64,000 bases of DNA, taken from assembly GCA_963805505.1 (NCBI GenBank), contig CAWDUP010000004.1:54088-118087 (forward strand), given 5' to 3'. This DNA comes from an uncultured Actinomycetota bacterium. GTDB lineage: Bacteria; Actinomycetota; Actinomycetes; DATJPE01. Each line of letters opens with the position of its first letter. Position 1 is the stretch's first letter. Made by a program: the position numbers and the translations under genes. Of this stretch, positions 19,430 to 28,566 are shown one piece after another. The notes below the pieces were generated by a model. That model did not search any database, was not told the origin of the DNA, and saw only the letters and a program-made list of their open reading frames with translations.

Positions 19430-20500
19430 CTAGTCCTTGCGGGAGTACAGCGGGTTGACGAGCGTGCTGACGATGCTGCTCATGAGGTCGGTCGTGCCGT
19501 GCGTGACCGAGCGGTCCTTCTTGCTCCACACCGTCTCCGGCCGGGACTGAAGGAGGACTACGTTCGAGCCCTCGGGAAGGTCCGCGTCGACAGCCCATTC
19601 GATGTCCTGCGGGCAGCCGTAGTGCTTTTCTGCGGTTCGCGCGAGGCGGGCCACAGCCTGGATCTCTGTGTCAGTGATGCTGGGGGTGTTGACGCGGTCC
19701 GGGTCCACCTCCAGGAACTCGACGGCCTTCCCGTCGACGAGCCGGTACTCATGGGTCTTGGGTGAGATGGTCCGCTGGCTGACCGCGTACAGGACCTTGT
19801 CGACGAGGAAGTTGTCCGGCGTCACCTCGCCCGACACCACGCCCTCGCCGAAGCCCCATGAACTGTCGATGGCAATGGTGGACCGGTCGCCGTTGCCGGG
19901 ATTCAGGGTGAACGCGACCCCGGCAGCCTTGGGTCGAACCATCTTCTGGACCGCGACACTCATGGCGATGTCGAGGTGGGAGTAACCCATCTCCACGCGG
20001 TAGCACAGGGCGCGGTCGGTGAACAGGCTGGCCCAGCAGCGCCGTACGTGACGGCTGACGGCTTCGGCCCCACAGATCCACAGGTAGGTGTCGTGCTCGC
20101 CGGCAAACGAGGCGTCCGGCGAATCCTCACTCGTGGCTGAGGATCGCACCGCGACCGGGACGTCATCAGTCTCACAGCGGTGGCACAGGCGCGTGTAGGC
20201 GTCGGCGATTTCTTGGTCGACACCAGCGGGCATCGGCCAGGACATGATCAGGGAGCGGATCGTGGTGGCTCGCCGCGATACCTCGGGCAGGTCGTCGACG
20301 TCCAACCCGTCGAGCAGCTCGGCGATGCGATCGACGATGCCCGACTCATCCCGCGCGCGGCGGAAGGCATCGGTCGTCACCGCGAATCCTGGCGGGACAG
20401 GGAGTCCCGCCGCAACCATCTCCCCCAGGCTGGCGCTCTTGCCGCCCACCGCTGCGCGCTGCTCGGGGACGAATGCGTCGAACCACACCACCACGCTCAT
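19430..20500 (-). CDS. Pyruvate phosphate dikinase N-terminal (PPDK_N) ATP-binding-domain protein (PpsB-like subunit)
   Basis: 356 aa with GGKSASLGEMVAAGLPVPPGFAVTTDAFRR, the typical PEP synthase / PPDK N-terminal ATP-grasp. There is no histidine swivel domain in this ORF. Confidence 0.75.
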   Translation of the reverse strand: MSVVVWFDAFVPEQRAAVGGKSASLGEMVAAGLPVPPGFAVTTDAFRRARDESGIVDRIAELLDGLDVDDLPEVSRRATTIRSLIMSWPMPAGVDQEIADAYTRLCHRCETDDVPVAVRSSATSEDSPDASFAGEHDTYLWICGAEAVSRHVRRCWASLFTDRALCYRVEMGYSHLDIAMSVAVQKMVRPKAAGVAFTLNPGNGDRSTIAIDSSWGFGEGVVSGEVTPDNFLVDKVLYAVSQRTISPKTHEYRLVDGKAVEFLEVDPDRVNTPSITDTEIQAVARLARTAEKHYGCPQDIEWAVDADLPEGSNVVLLQSRPETVWSKKDRSVTHGTTDLMSSIVSTLVNPLYSRKD

Positions 20501-21370
20501 CGCGCTCCTCCCTCAACGAGTTCGGTCATTGCGTGCCTGGACCAGTCCGGGAGCTCGCCCGGTGACGGCACGTGAACCTCCTGGACCCGATTGCGGTAGA
20601 GGACCAGCGCGGTGACACCCCCGTCGATGAGGCGGACGCGGACGAACTCGGTGTTGAAGGGCTCTCCGGGGTCGTAGCCCATGGCCCAGGTGGCGAAGGC
20701 GCGGATCGGTCCGGAGTGGGTGGTGACCACGAGGGTCCGACCCGCGGATTCCTCTGCTACGCGCAAGAGCCCCGACCAGAAGCGACGGACGCAAGAGGTG
20801 GGAGGTTCGAGATAGAGCATCGGCATCGTCAGCCAATGAGTGATCGGATCGCCGCCGCCATCTTGGATGCCCCAGAACCTGTCGACCTCCACCAGCCAGC
20901 CGGGGCGCTCTCCCAGTGCTGTCCGCTCGTAGCGCTCCATCTCGCGTTGGTACTGGCGGAAGGCTGCCGTGATGTCTCGGAAACCCTCGGGGGTCCATAC
21001 CTTGAAGTTGGAGAACTCTTCGTAGGCGGAGATCTCGCCGACCTCGGCCTCACGGCCATAGAGAGACATACCGTCGAGCAGTCCTCGCTTGAGGTGCTCG
21101 GCGGTCTGCCGTGCGCGATTCGTGTCGGCGCTCGCCAGGGCCACTCGATGCCCGTCGTAGACCCGGCGCGCGATCTCCCGCCCGCGGTTGTGGGACTGCC
21201 AGGAGCCCAGTGGGGTGAGTCCTGCTTCCGAGGAGTACCCCTGAGTCTCGCCATGCCTGACGAAATAGACGTCCGTGACGACGTCGGCCGCCTGATCCCG
21301 TCGCTCCGGGACGATCTCCTTGGTCCGTGTCACCTCGGCCCATGCACGCGTGGCCGGCAGTTCTGCACCC
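20497..21370 (-). CDS. Histidine phosphatase family protein (phosphoglycerate-mutase-like)
   Basis: Catalytic motif VYFVRHGETQ with a downstream conserved core. The N-terminal boundary is uncertain: the track ORF extends to 21591 through a low-complexity region, and another frame (21050-21637) encodes a protein-like segment (LTRYRQRLAEERDRKRSR), so a frameshift is possible. Confidence 0.6.
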
Positions 21371-21647
21371 TCCCACGCTGGGCGCGCCCGTCGGTCGGCA
21401 CGTCCTGGCGTGCCGGGTCCCCGCCGTGCTGACGTTCTCGGAAGCGCCGCAAATACAACGGGATGGCGCCGGCTTCGCTTGTCGGCTCCTCTTGCGGTCG
21501 CGTTCCTCAGCCAGCCGCTGCCGGTATCGAGTGAGGTAGGCGGGCGCGTCCGGACGCTCGATACGGGGCAGCTCGGCACGAGGAGCCACACCAGCCGTGG
21601 GTTCGGCGTCGCCGTCCTTCATGCGGAAGGCGGTCACGACCCAAGCC

Positions 21648-22559
21648 TCATGAGTGCACCGTCAGGAACTTCTGGTCGACGACGCCGTCGTAGTAGAACA
21701 GCGCGCGACCCATCTCCGCCTCGGTCCAGGTGGTTGGTTCGGCATCCGGGTCAACCCAGTAATCGCCGGTGAAGACCTCGTTGCGATTGCCGCAAGGGTC
21801 GAAGAAATAGAGACAGTGGCCCCGCGTCGCGCCGTGCCGCGTGGGGTTCGTCTCAAGCCGGACGCCGTGGTACGCGCAGACGTCGGCGGCATTGCGGAGG
21901 TCGGTCCACTCGTCGACCCAGAACGCGACATGGTGCAGACCGCCGTTAGGCCCGGTGATCAGGGCGATGTCGTGTGAGCTGTGTGAGACCTCGAGCCAGG
22001 TCGCAATCTTGAATCCGTCGTCGCCGACGACCTGCTCGGTGACCCGGAAGTCCAGGACCTCGGTGAAGAACCCAGTCAGACCAGCAACATCCTCGGCGGT
22101 GAGGAAGACGTGATCGAGCCTTGGGGGCGCGATACCTACCAAGCCCAGAGGCCGGGGTGGCGGATTGGTGAGCGGGAGCAGGTTTCCGACCTGCTCCATG
22201 GCATGGACCAGTTCCATGGTGTGTCCGCTGGGCAGCTCGAAGCGCACCGACTCGCCATGCCCGGAAGCCCATTCCCCAGGTTGGAGCCGCTTGACGGCGA
22301 TTCCTCCGCTCTCGAGGCGAGACTGATACAGATCAAGGTCGGAGGCGTCCGTCACCTTGAAGCCCAGGTGCGCCAGGCCGTGGGTGGGTGCCTCGGTGAG
22401 CACGATGGAATGGTGTTGGTGCTCGTCCCAGCACTTGAGGAACACCCGTCCGGGCTCGCGGGCTGTCTCGACCATCCCGACGACCTCGGTGTAGTAGGCC
22501 GCTGCCAGCTCGAGGTCAGGCTGACGGAGCTCGACGTGCGACAGGCGAAGGATGGCCAT
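21648..22559 (-). CDS. Catechol 2,3-dioxygenase (type I extradiol dioxygenase, VOC superfamily)
   Basis: 303-aa two-domain extradiol dioxygenase with LSHVELR ... HHVAFWV ... GHCLYFFDPCGNRNEVF. Confidence 0.85.
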   Translation of the reverse strand: MAILRLSHVELRQPDLELAAAYYTEVVGMVETAREPGRVFLKCWDEHQHHSIVLTEAPTHGLAHLGFKVTDASDLDLYQSRLESGGIAVKRLQPGEWASGHGESVRFELPSGHTMELVHAMEQVGNLLPLTNPPPRPLGLVGIAPPRLDHVFLTAEDVAGLTGFFTEVLDFRVTEQVVGDDGFKIATWLEVSHSSHDIALITGPNGGLHHVAFWVDEWTDLRNAADVCAYHGVRLETNPTRHGATRGHCLYFFDPCGNRNEVFTGDYWVDPDAEPTTWTEAEMGRALFYYDGVVDQKFLTVHS

Positions 22560-23452
22560 CAGGTGTGGACCTTCATGAACCGTTCGTTGAGCTCGCCCTC
22601 GTAGTAGAAGATGGCACGCCCTACGTTGTCTTCGGTCCAGGTGATGGTCGGGAAGTCAGGGTCAGGACGGTAACCGCCGGTGAAGACCTCATTGCGCGTG
22701 CCTAGCGGGTCGAAGAAGTAGATCGTGGTCCCGCGTGTGATGCCGTGCCTCGTCGGCCCCACATCGATTTGGATCCCGTTGTAGGCCAGGATGTCCGCGG
22801 AACGTCGCACGTGATCCCAGTCGTCGAGCCAGTAGGCAAAGTGGTGGAGGCCACCGTTCGGGCCGGTGACCACGGCTAGGTCGTGGGGGGAGTGCGACCG
22901 CTCCATCCAGGTGCCGATCTGGTGGCCATTGCCGTCGAGCAGCTGCTCGGTCACCCTGAAACCCAGCACCTCTGTGTAGAACGTCGTGGCCTCGCCGACC
23001 TCCTCAGCAGTGACGAGCAAGTGGTCCATCCGAGGTGGCGCGATGCCCGGTATTCCTTGGGCGAAAGGCGGCGGATTGACCTTGGGAAGCACGCCGCCGA
23101 CGCGCTCGATGTCGCGGACCAGCTCCATCGTGTGCCCGGAGGGAGTTGCGAACCGGATGGACTCGCCCTGGCCGACGGACTCGCCCTTGCTGATGCGCTG
23201 AACCGGGAACCCGTAACGCGTCACCGCGATCTCGAACTCGGCAAGGTCATCGTCGTGGTCGACTTTGAACGCCATCAGGTCAAGCCCGACTCGTGGGGCG
23301 TAGACCAGGCGCAAGGAATGGTGGTCGGCCTCGTCCCAGCACTTCAGGTAGACCGATTCCTCGTCACGCCCGGACACGAGCATGCCCATGACCTCGGTGT
23401 AGTAAGCCGTGGCCAGGTCGAGATCGGTGACCGTGACGTCGACGTGGGCCAT
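22559..23452 (-). CDS. Catechol 2,3-dioxygenase paralog (type I extradiol dioxygenase)
   Basis: Paralogous to the adjacent gene, with MAHVDVTVTDL ... HHFAYWL ... GTTIYFFDPLGTRNEVF. I place the start at ATG 23452 or 23467; the track ORF has a spurious upstream extension. Confidence 0.85.
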   Translation of the reverse strand: MAHVDVTVTDLDLATAYYTEVMGMLVSGRDEESVYLKCWDEADHHSLRLVYAPRVGLDLMAFKVDHDDDLAEFEIAVTRYGFPVQRISKGESVGQGESIRFATPSGHTMELVRDIERVGGVLPKVNPPPFAQGIPGIAPPRMDHLLVTAEEVGEATTFYTEVLGFRVTEQLLDGNGHQIGTWMERSHSPHDLAVVTGPNGGLHHFAYWLDDWDHVRRSADILAYNGIQIDVGPTRHGITRGTTIYFFDPLGTRNEVFTGGYRPDPDFPTITWTEDNVGRAIFYYEGELNERFMKVHT

Positions 23453-23557
23453 CCGAAGCACGCCCATCGGCCACCTCGCAGTCAGACGCCTCGCGCGTCG
23501 GGGTCGGTGCCGCCGACGGTACGACGGGTCGTCCCGCATGACAGGACTACGTGCCGC

Positions 23558-24293
23558 CATGCGGGACGGCATGGTCTACGGTCGCCCGATGGAGTCACCG
23601 CGCCCCGAGGACATGCGAGCCCTGGTCGCCGAGTTCGTCCGGTCCCTCCACGCGGCCTACCTCGATCAGGCCCGGAAGCTGGCCCCAGCCGAGCGCGCCA
23701 GGCTGCCGTTACTCGCCGCTGGCGAGCTCGTGGTCGCGGCGGCCGCCGCCCGCCAGCTGCACCTCATCGCCACCAGCGACGCCTTCCCTGCTCCGCAAGG
23801 GCCCGAAGTCGTCGTGGTGGACGAACTCCCAGGGCTGACCTGGTCGCTTCGATTCTTTGACCCGGTTGTCCTGCCGGAACTCGGATTGTTGGATGACAAC
23901 GGCGAGGCCTCCGCCTCCGAGGTCCGGCGGGTCCTCGGGGTCGGGGCGATGGTCTATCACTTGTCTGTGAGTGCGGGCGGGGGCCTTTCGCCCCACCACG
24001 CGCAGCACGCGGGCACGGGACTGGCCAACCAGCATGCTGCCGCCGCTCGCGACTTCGACGCTCTGCGAGCGGCTGTCGGTGACCGCGCCGAGCTCGTCGA
24101 CGAGCTGGCCGTAGCCGAGCAGGTCGGCCTACCCAGGGCCGCGGCGCTGCTGGCCGAGGCGATCATGCCGGGAGACGACCACGTCCGCTCAGCGGCGGTC
24201 AGCGGCTCCCCGGTCGAGGTGCGTCGGGCCTTGTTGAGCGCCGTCCGCGAGCAGCGCACGGCGCAGCCCTGGGGGGCTTCGCATGGTCGATGA
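23558..24293 (+). CDS. Hypothetical Ala-rich protein, translationally coupled to the IclR regulator
   Basis: The reading frame continues up to an ATGGTCGATGA overlap with the IclR start. I chose ATG 23558 to avoid an overlap of more than 100 nt with the dioxygenase gene. I recognise no domain. Confidence 0.4.
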
Positions 24294-25101
24294 CAAGCGG
24301 TCCACAGGCGGCACGCAGGTGCTCACGAGCGTCGCCAACGCGGCACGGCTGCTCAAGGAGTTCGGTCGGGGCGGCGAGCGTGAGCTCGGGGTGAGCGAGC
24401 TGGCGCGACGGCTCGGCATCGGCAAGAGCACTGCGCATCGGCTGGTGCACACCCTCGCGAGCGAGCGGTTGCTGGAGCAGAACCCCGAGACCGGCGCCTA
24501 CCGACTGGGGCTGGTCATGCACGAGATGGGCGCCAGCGTGCAAAGCGGGATGGACATCCACTCGGCTGCCACGCCGGTCATGGAGCAGCTACGCAACCTG
24601 ACCAAGGAGACCGTGCAGATCGCGGTGCTCGATTTCCGCGAGGTGGTCTACATCGAGCGCAGAGAAAGCCCCCAGACCATCCGGCTGTTCGGTCGCGTTG
24701 GCCACCGAAACAACGCCAACTCCACCTCTACGGGCAAGGTGCTCTTGGCATTCCTGCCTCCGGAAGAGCTCGACCTTGTGCTCAAGGACTGGCGGCTGCC
24801 GCGCAAGACCCGTTTCACGGTCACGGACCAACGAACTCTGCGCACGCAGTTGCAGATGGTCCGGGCCAGGGGTTATGCCGAGAACGTCCAGGAGACCGAG
24901 ATCGGCGTCGGCTCGCTGGCAGCGCCGATCCGCGGGTCTCTGGGCGACGTGGTGGCGGCCCTGTCGGTCGCCGGGCCGGTTCAGCGCTTGGATGGCGACA
25001 GCATGCAGCGCTTCGCCCGACCCGTCATCGAGTCGGCGGCCGCCATCAGTCGGAGACTGGGCTGGCGGGATCGCGTCGCGGCGCGGGGGGGACCGGCATG
25101 A
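24283..25101 (+). CDS. IclR-family transcriptional regulator
   Basis: N-terminal HTH VSELARRLGIGKSTAHRLVHTL and a C-terminal IclR effector-binding domain. Confidence 0.85.
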   Translation: MVDDKRSTGGTQVLTSVANAARLLKEFGRGGERELGVSELARRLGIGKSTAHRLVHTLASERLLEQNPETGAYRLGLVMHEMGASVQSGMDIHSAATPVMEQLRNLTKETVQIAVLDFREVVYIERRESPQTIRLFGRVGHRNNANSTSTGKVLLAFLPPEELDLVLKDWRLPRKTRFTVTDQRTLRTQLQMVRARGYAENVQETEIGVGSLAAPIRGSLGDVVAALSVAGPVQRLDGDSMQRFARPVIESAAAISRRLGWRDRVAARGGPA

Positions 25102-25886
25102 CCTTGACGAGCAGACAAGCTGACCGGCTCGCCGACGACGTGTACCGAGCCCGGCGAACGGGAGTGGCCATCGCGCCGCTCGCCGAGGCCCATCCTGATC
25201 TCTCGGTCGGTGACGCCTATCTCGTGCAGCAGGGGGTCGTACGGCGCTACGTGGAGGACGGGGACCGTGTCGTCGGCTACAAGTTGGGGCTGACCAGCGC
25301 CCCAATGCAGCAGATGTTCGGAGTCTCCTCTCCCGACTTCGCCCCCGTCATGGCGTCGCATGTGCGGCCCGATGCGGCGGCGGTCGATGCTGCTGACTTC
25401 ATCGCGCCGAGGCTCGAGGCCGAGATCGCGCTGGTCCTCGCAACCGACCTGTCCGGGCCCGACTGCACCGCCGTCGACGTGCTCCGAGCAACCGCAGGTG
25501 CGGTAGCCGCCTTGGAGCTGGTCGACAGCAGGATCCGCGACTGGAAGATCACGCTGGCCGACACGGTGGCCGACATGGCGAGCAGCGGGGCCATCGTCCT
25601 GGGCGGGCGTGCAGTTCCCCTGGCGGACATCGACCTTCGGCTGGTCGGCATGGTGTTCAGCCGCGACGGGGAAGTCTTGGCCAGCGGCGCTGGCGCGGCG
25701 GCGCTGGGCAATCCCGCAGAGGCGGTGGCCTGGCTGGTCCGGACGCTCCACGAGCTTGGCGCTTCGCTGTCGGCGGGCGACGTGGTCATGACCGGCGCAC
25801 TCCACGCGGCCGTACCGGTGCTGCCGGGTCAGGTCTATCGGGCCGACTTCGACCGGCTCGGTCCGGTCTCGTTGCGGATTGTCTGA
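25098..25886 (+). CDS. 2-keto-4-pentenoate hydratase / 4-oxalocrotonate decarboxylase family
   Basis: 262 aa with VVGYKLGLTSAPMQQMFGV ... LEAEIALVL, the MhpD/XylI/XylJ-family signature. Confidence 0.8.
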   Translation: MTLTSRQADRLADDVYRARRTGVAIAPLAEAHPDLSVGDAYLVQQGVVRRYVEDGDRVVGYKLGLTSAPMQQMFGVSSPDFAPVMASHVRPDAAAVDAADFIAPRLEAEIALVLATDLSGPDCTAVDVLRATAGAVAALELVDSRIRDWKITLADTVADMASSGAIVLGGRAVPLADIDLRLVGMVFSRDGEVLASGAGAAALGNPAEAVAWLVRTLHELGASLSAGDVVMTGALHAAVPVLPGQVYRADFDRLGPVSLRIV

Positions 25887-26052
25887 GAAGGCTGAACATG
25901 GGATATCTCCGCGCGCTCATCGGATCGGGCAACCGCGGCACCGGCCTGATGCGGGTCGGGGCCTCCGACGTCCTCGGCCCGGTCGACGACATCTCCGCCC
26001 AGCTGGCCCGCACCGCCTGGGCGGGAGAAGGCTCGTCCTCAGGGGGTCCGGC

Positions 26053-26844
26053 ATGACCAAGGTTCGCGAGCTCGACACGGAGCCCCTGGTGCGGACGCTG
26101 ATCAGCGCGGTGCGCGACCGAACCGCGGTGCCTCCCTTGACCAACGACATCGACAACCTCGACGTCGCGACGGCCTATGTGGTCCAGGACGCTGTCGTCA
26201 ACGCGCGCGTCGCGGCCGGAGCGCAGGTGGTGGGAGCCAAGCTCGGACTAACCAGCGAGGCCAAACAGCGTCAGATGAGTGTGGACTCACCCATCTACGG
26301 CTGGCTGACAGGTGACATGCAGCTCGACACGGGCGAGGCACTGGCCTGCGGCCGCTACATCCAGCCTCGGTGTGAGCCGGAAGTGGCATTCCTCCTCCAA
26401 AGTGACCTTGAGGGAGCTCACATCACCGGTGCTCATGTGCTGGCCGCGACCGATGCGGTGTTTGCTGCCGTGGACGTGCTGGACTCGCGCTTCGCTGGCT
26501 ACTCGTTCACGTTGCCCGACGTCGTTGCTGACAACGCGTCGTCCGCGGGATTCGTCCTCGCTGGCAACGCTGTCGACCCACGCGGCATCGATCTGCGTCT
26601 GGTCGGGTGTGTGCTCGAGAAGAACGGAGAGCTGGTCGCTACGGCTGCCGGCGCGGCCGTCCTCAGCCATCCGGCTGCCTCGGTGGCGTGGCTGGTTCGA
26701 GCCCTCGCGGCCCGCGGTCGGGGCCTGCGCGCGGGCCACATCGTGATGGCCGGCGCCTTGACCGAGGCCGTCGCGGTCGCGCCGGGCGACACCATCGTGG
26801 CGCGCTTCGACCGACTGGGCACGCTCGAGATCGCTTGCCGGTGA
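26053..26844 (+). CDS. 2-keto-4-pentenoate hydratase / 4-oxalocrotonate decarboxylase family, second tandem paralog
   Basis: I place the start at ATG 26053 (MTKVRELDTEPLVRTL), followed by VVGAKLGLTSEAKQRQM ... CEPEVAFLL. The track ORF has a spurious 58-aa N-terminal extension. Confidence 0.8.
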   Translation: MTKVRELDTEPLVRTLISAVRDRTAVPPLTNDIDNLDVATAYVVQDAVVNARVAAGAQVVGAKLGLTSEAKQRQMSVDSPIYGWLTGDMQLDTGEALACGRYIQPRCEPEVAFLLQSDLEGAHITGAHVLAATDAVFAAVDVLDSRFAGYSFTLPDVVADNASSAGFVLAGNAVDPRGIDLRLVGCVLEKNGELVATAAGAAVLSHPAASVAWLVRALAARGRGLRAGHIVMAGALTEAVAVAPGDTIVARFDRLGTLEIACR

Positions 26845-26857
26845 GGAGGACCCGAAC

Positions 26858-27100
26858 ATGCCCTTGATCCAGGTCACGATGGTGGCCGGACGAACTCCGG
26901 ACCAGAAGCACGCCTTGATCCGTGGGCTCTCCGAGGCCGCCGCCGCTGCACTCGACACCCCCATCGACCGGGTCAGGGTCGCGATCTACGAGGTCTCAGC
27001 GGACGAGTGGGGCATTGGCGGTCGTGCCTACGCGCAGGTGCGGGGCGGAGCCGCGCAGCCACCTGAAGATGTCCCTTCCCGAACTACGGAGGACGGATGA
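26858..27100 (+). CDS. 4-oxalocrotonate tautomerase family protein
   Basis: 80 aa beginning MPLIQVTMVAGRTPDQKHALIRGLSEA. This has the N-terminal Pro1 after Met and the tautomerase fold pattern. Confidence 0.8.
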   Translation: MPLIQVTMVAGRTPDQKHALIRGLSEAAAAALDTPIDRVRVAIYEVSADEWGIGGRAYAQVRGGAAQPPEDVPSRTTEDG

Positions 27101-28566
27101 GCGAGCAACCGCGACTGGTCCAGCACTTCATCGACGGAGCCTTCGTCGACAGCCTCGATGGGAAGACCTTCGAGTCTGTGTCGCCCATCGACAACCAAGT
27201 CGTCGCTGTGGTCGCCGAGGGATCCACAGCCGACGCGGATCGCGCGGTCGAGTCGGCACGCCGAGCCTTCGACGACGGGCCGTGGCCACGGATGAGCCCC
27301 GGGGAGCGGCGGGCGGTTCTCTACCGCGCTGCCGCGCTGATCGATGAGCGTCTCGACGAACTGGCCGCGTGGGAGACCCTCGACATGGGCAAGCCGATCA
27401 GCGAGGCGCGAGCCAAGGACGTGCCGCGCACGGCCTATAACTTCCGATTCTTCGCCGACGTGGCCGAGCAGGCTCACAGTGAGGCCTTCCCGAAGCCGTG
27501 GGACCGCGTGCTCACCTACACCGTCCGTGAACCCGTTGGGGTGTCGGCCTGCATCGCGCCATGGAACTTTCCGATGATGCTCGAGTCATGGAAGGTCGCG
27601 CCAGCTCTTGCCTTCGGCAACACCGTCGTTCTCAAGCCGGCCGAGCAGAGCCCCGTCACCGCCTCGATGCTCGTGGAGTGCTTCGCCGACGCGGGGATGC
27701 CCGACGGCGTCTTCAACGTCGTGCAGGGCTTCGGGCCCGGCGCGGCGGGTGAGCGGTTGACGACGCACCCTGGGGTCGACCTAGTCACGTTCACCGGCGA
27801 GAGCGCGACGGGCAAGGTGATCATGGCCAACGCCGCCGCCACGCTCAAGCGGTGCTCGTTCGAGCTGGGAGGCAAGAGCGCAAGCATCGTCATGGCCGAC
27901 GCCGACCTCGATCTTGCGTTGTCCGGCACTATCGACGGCATCTTCCGCAACCAGGGCGAGGTCTGTCTGGCCGGCTCTCGGTTGCTGGTGCAGCGGCCGG
28001 TCTACGAGGAGTTCCTGGCCCGCTACGTGGCGGCTGCCGAGGCGCTCGTCGTCGGCGATCCTCGAGCGAGCGAGACCCATGTCGGGCCGATGGTCTCGAC
28101 CGAGCATCTCGACAAGGTGATGTCCTACGTCGAACTGGCGCAAGAAGAAGGTGCCAAGCTGATGACCGGGGGCGGGCGCGTGACGGACGGAGCCCTGCGA
28201 GCGGGGAACTTCATCGCGCCGACCGTCTTCGCCGACGTTGACAACACCAGTCGTGTCGCACAGGAGGAGGTGTTCGGGCCGCTGCAGGTTGTCATGCCCT
28301 TCGACACCGTTGAGGAGGCCATCGCGCTGGCCAACGACAGCCGCTACGGTCTCGCTGGAATGGTCTGGACCACCAACCTCAACACAGCCCACCGCGTCGC
28401 GCGCGAGGTGCGCACCGGCACGATGTGGGTGAACTGCTTCTTCGTCCGGGACCTGCGCGCCCCGTTTGGTGGCATGAAGGACTCTGGTCTTGGCCGTGAG
28501 GGCGGCGCCTACTCGGAGGAGTTCTTCACCGAGGCCAAGGCCGTCGTGCTTCGGTTCCCCGAATGA
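27097..28566 (+). CDS. NAD+-dependent aldehyde dehydrogenase (2-hydroxymuconic / carboxymethyl-hydroxymuconic semialdehyde dehydrogenase-like)
   Basis: 489 aa with the ALDH glutamate (FELGGKSA) and cysteine (QGEVCLAGSR) active-site motifs. It is coupled to the tautomerase gene by overlapping codons. Confidence 0.85.
   Translation: MSEQPRLVQHFIDGAFVDSLDGKTFESVSPIDNQVVAVVAEGSTADADRAVESARRAFDDGPWPRMSPGERRAVLYRAAALIDERLDELAAWETLDMGKPISEARAKDVPRTAYNFRFFADVAEQAHSEAFPKPWDRVLTYTVREPVGVSACIAPWNFPMMLESWKVAPALAFGNTVVLKPAEQSPVTASMLVECFADAGMPDGVFNVVQGFGPGAAGERLTTHPGVDLVTFTGESATGKVIMANAAATLKRCSFELGGKSASIVMADADLDLALSGTIDGIFRNQGEVCLAGSRLLVQRPVYEEFLARYVAAAEALVVGDPRASETHVGPMVSTEHLDKVMSYVELAQEEGAKLMTGGGRVTDGALRAGNFIAPTVFADVDNTSRVAQEEVFGPLQVVMPFDTVEEAIALANDSRYGLAGMVWTTNLNTAHRVAREVRTGTMWVNCFFVRDLRAPFGGMKDSGLGREGGAYSEEFFTEAKAVVLRFPE

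Noticed and set aside
17603-20500. Reading the two PEP-synthase-like ORFs as one frameshifted ppsA pseudogene
   Set aside because: The second ORF has its own ATG preceded by TAGACCGGAGGTCTGGCA with a GGAGG Shine-Dalgarno. The domain order (His domain at the extreme C-terminus, no TIM-barrel) is not that of PpsA.
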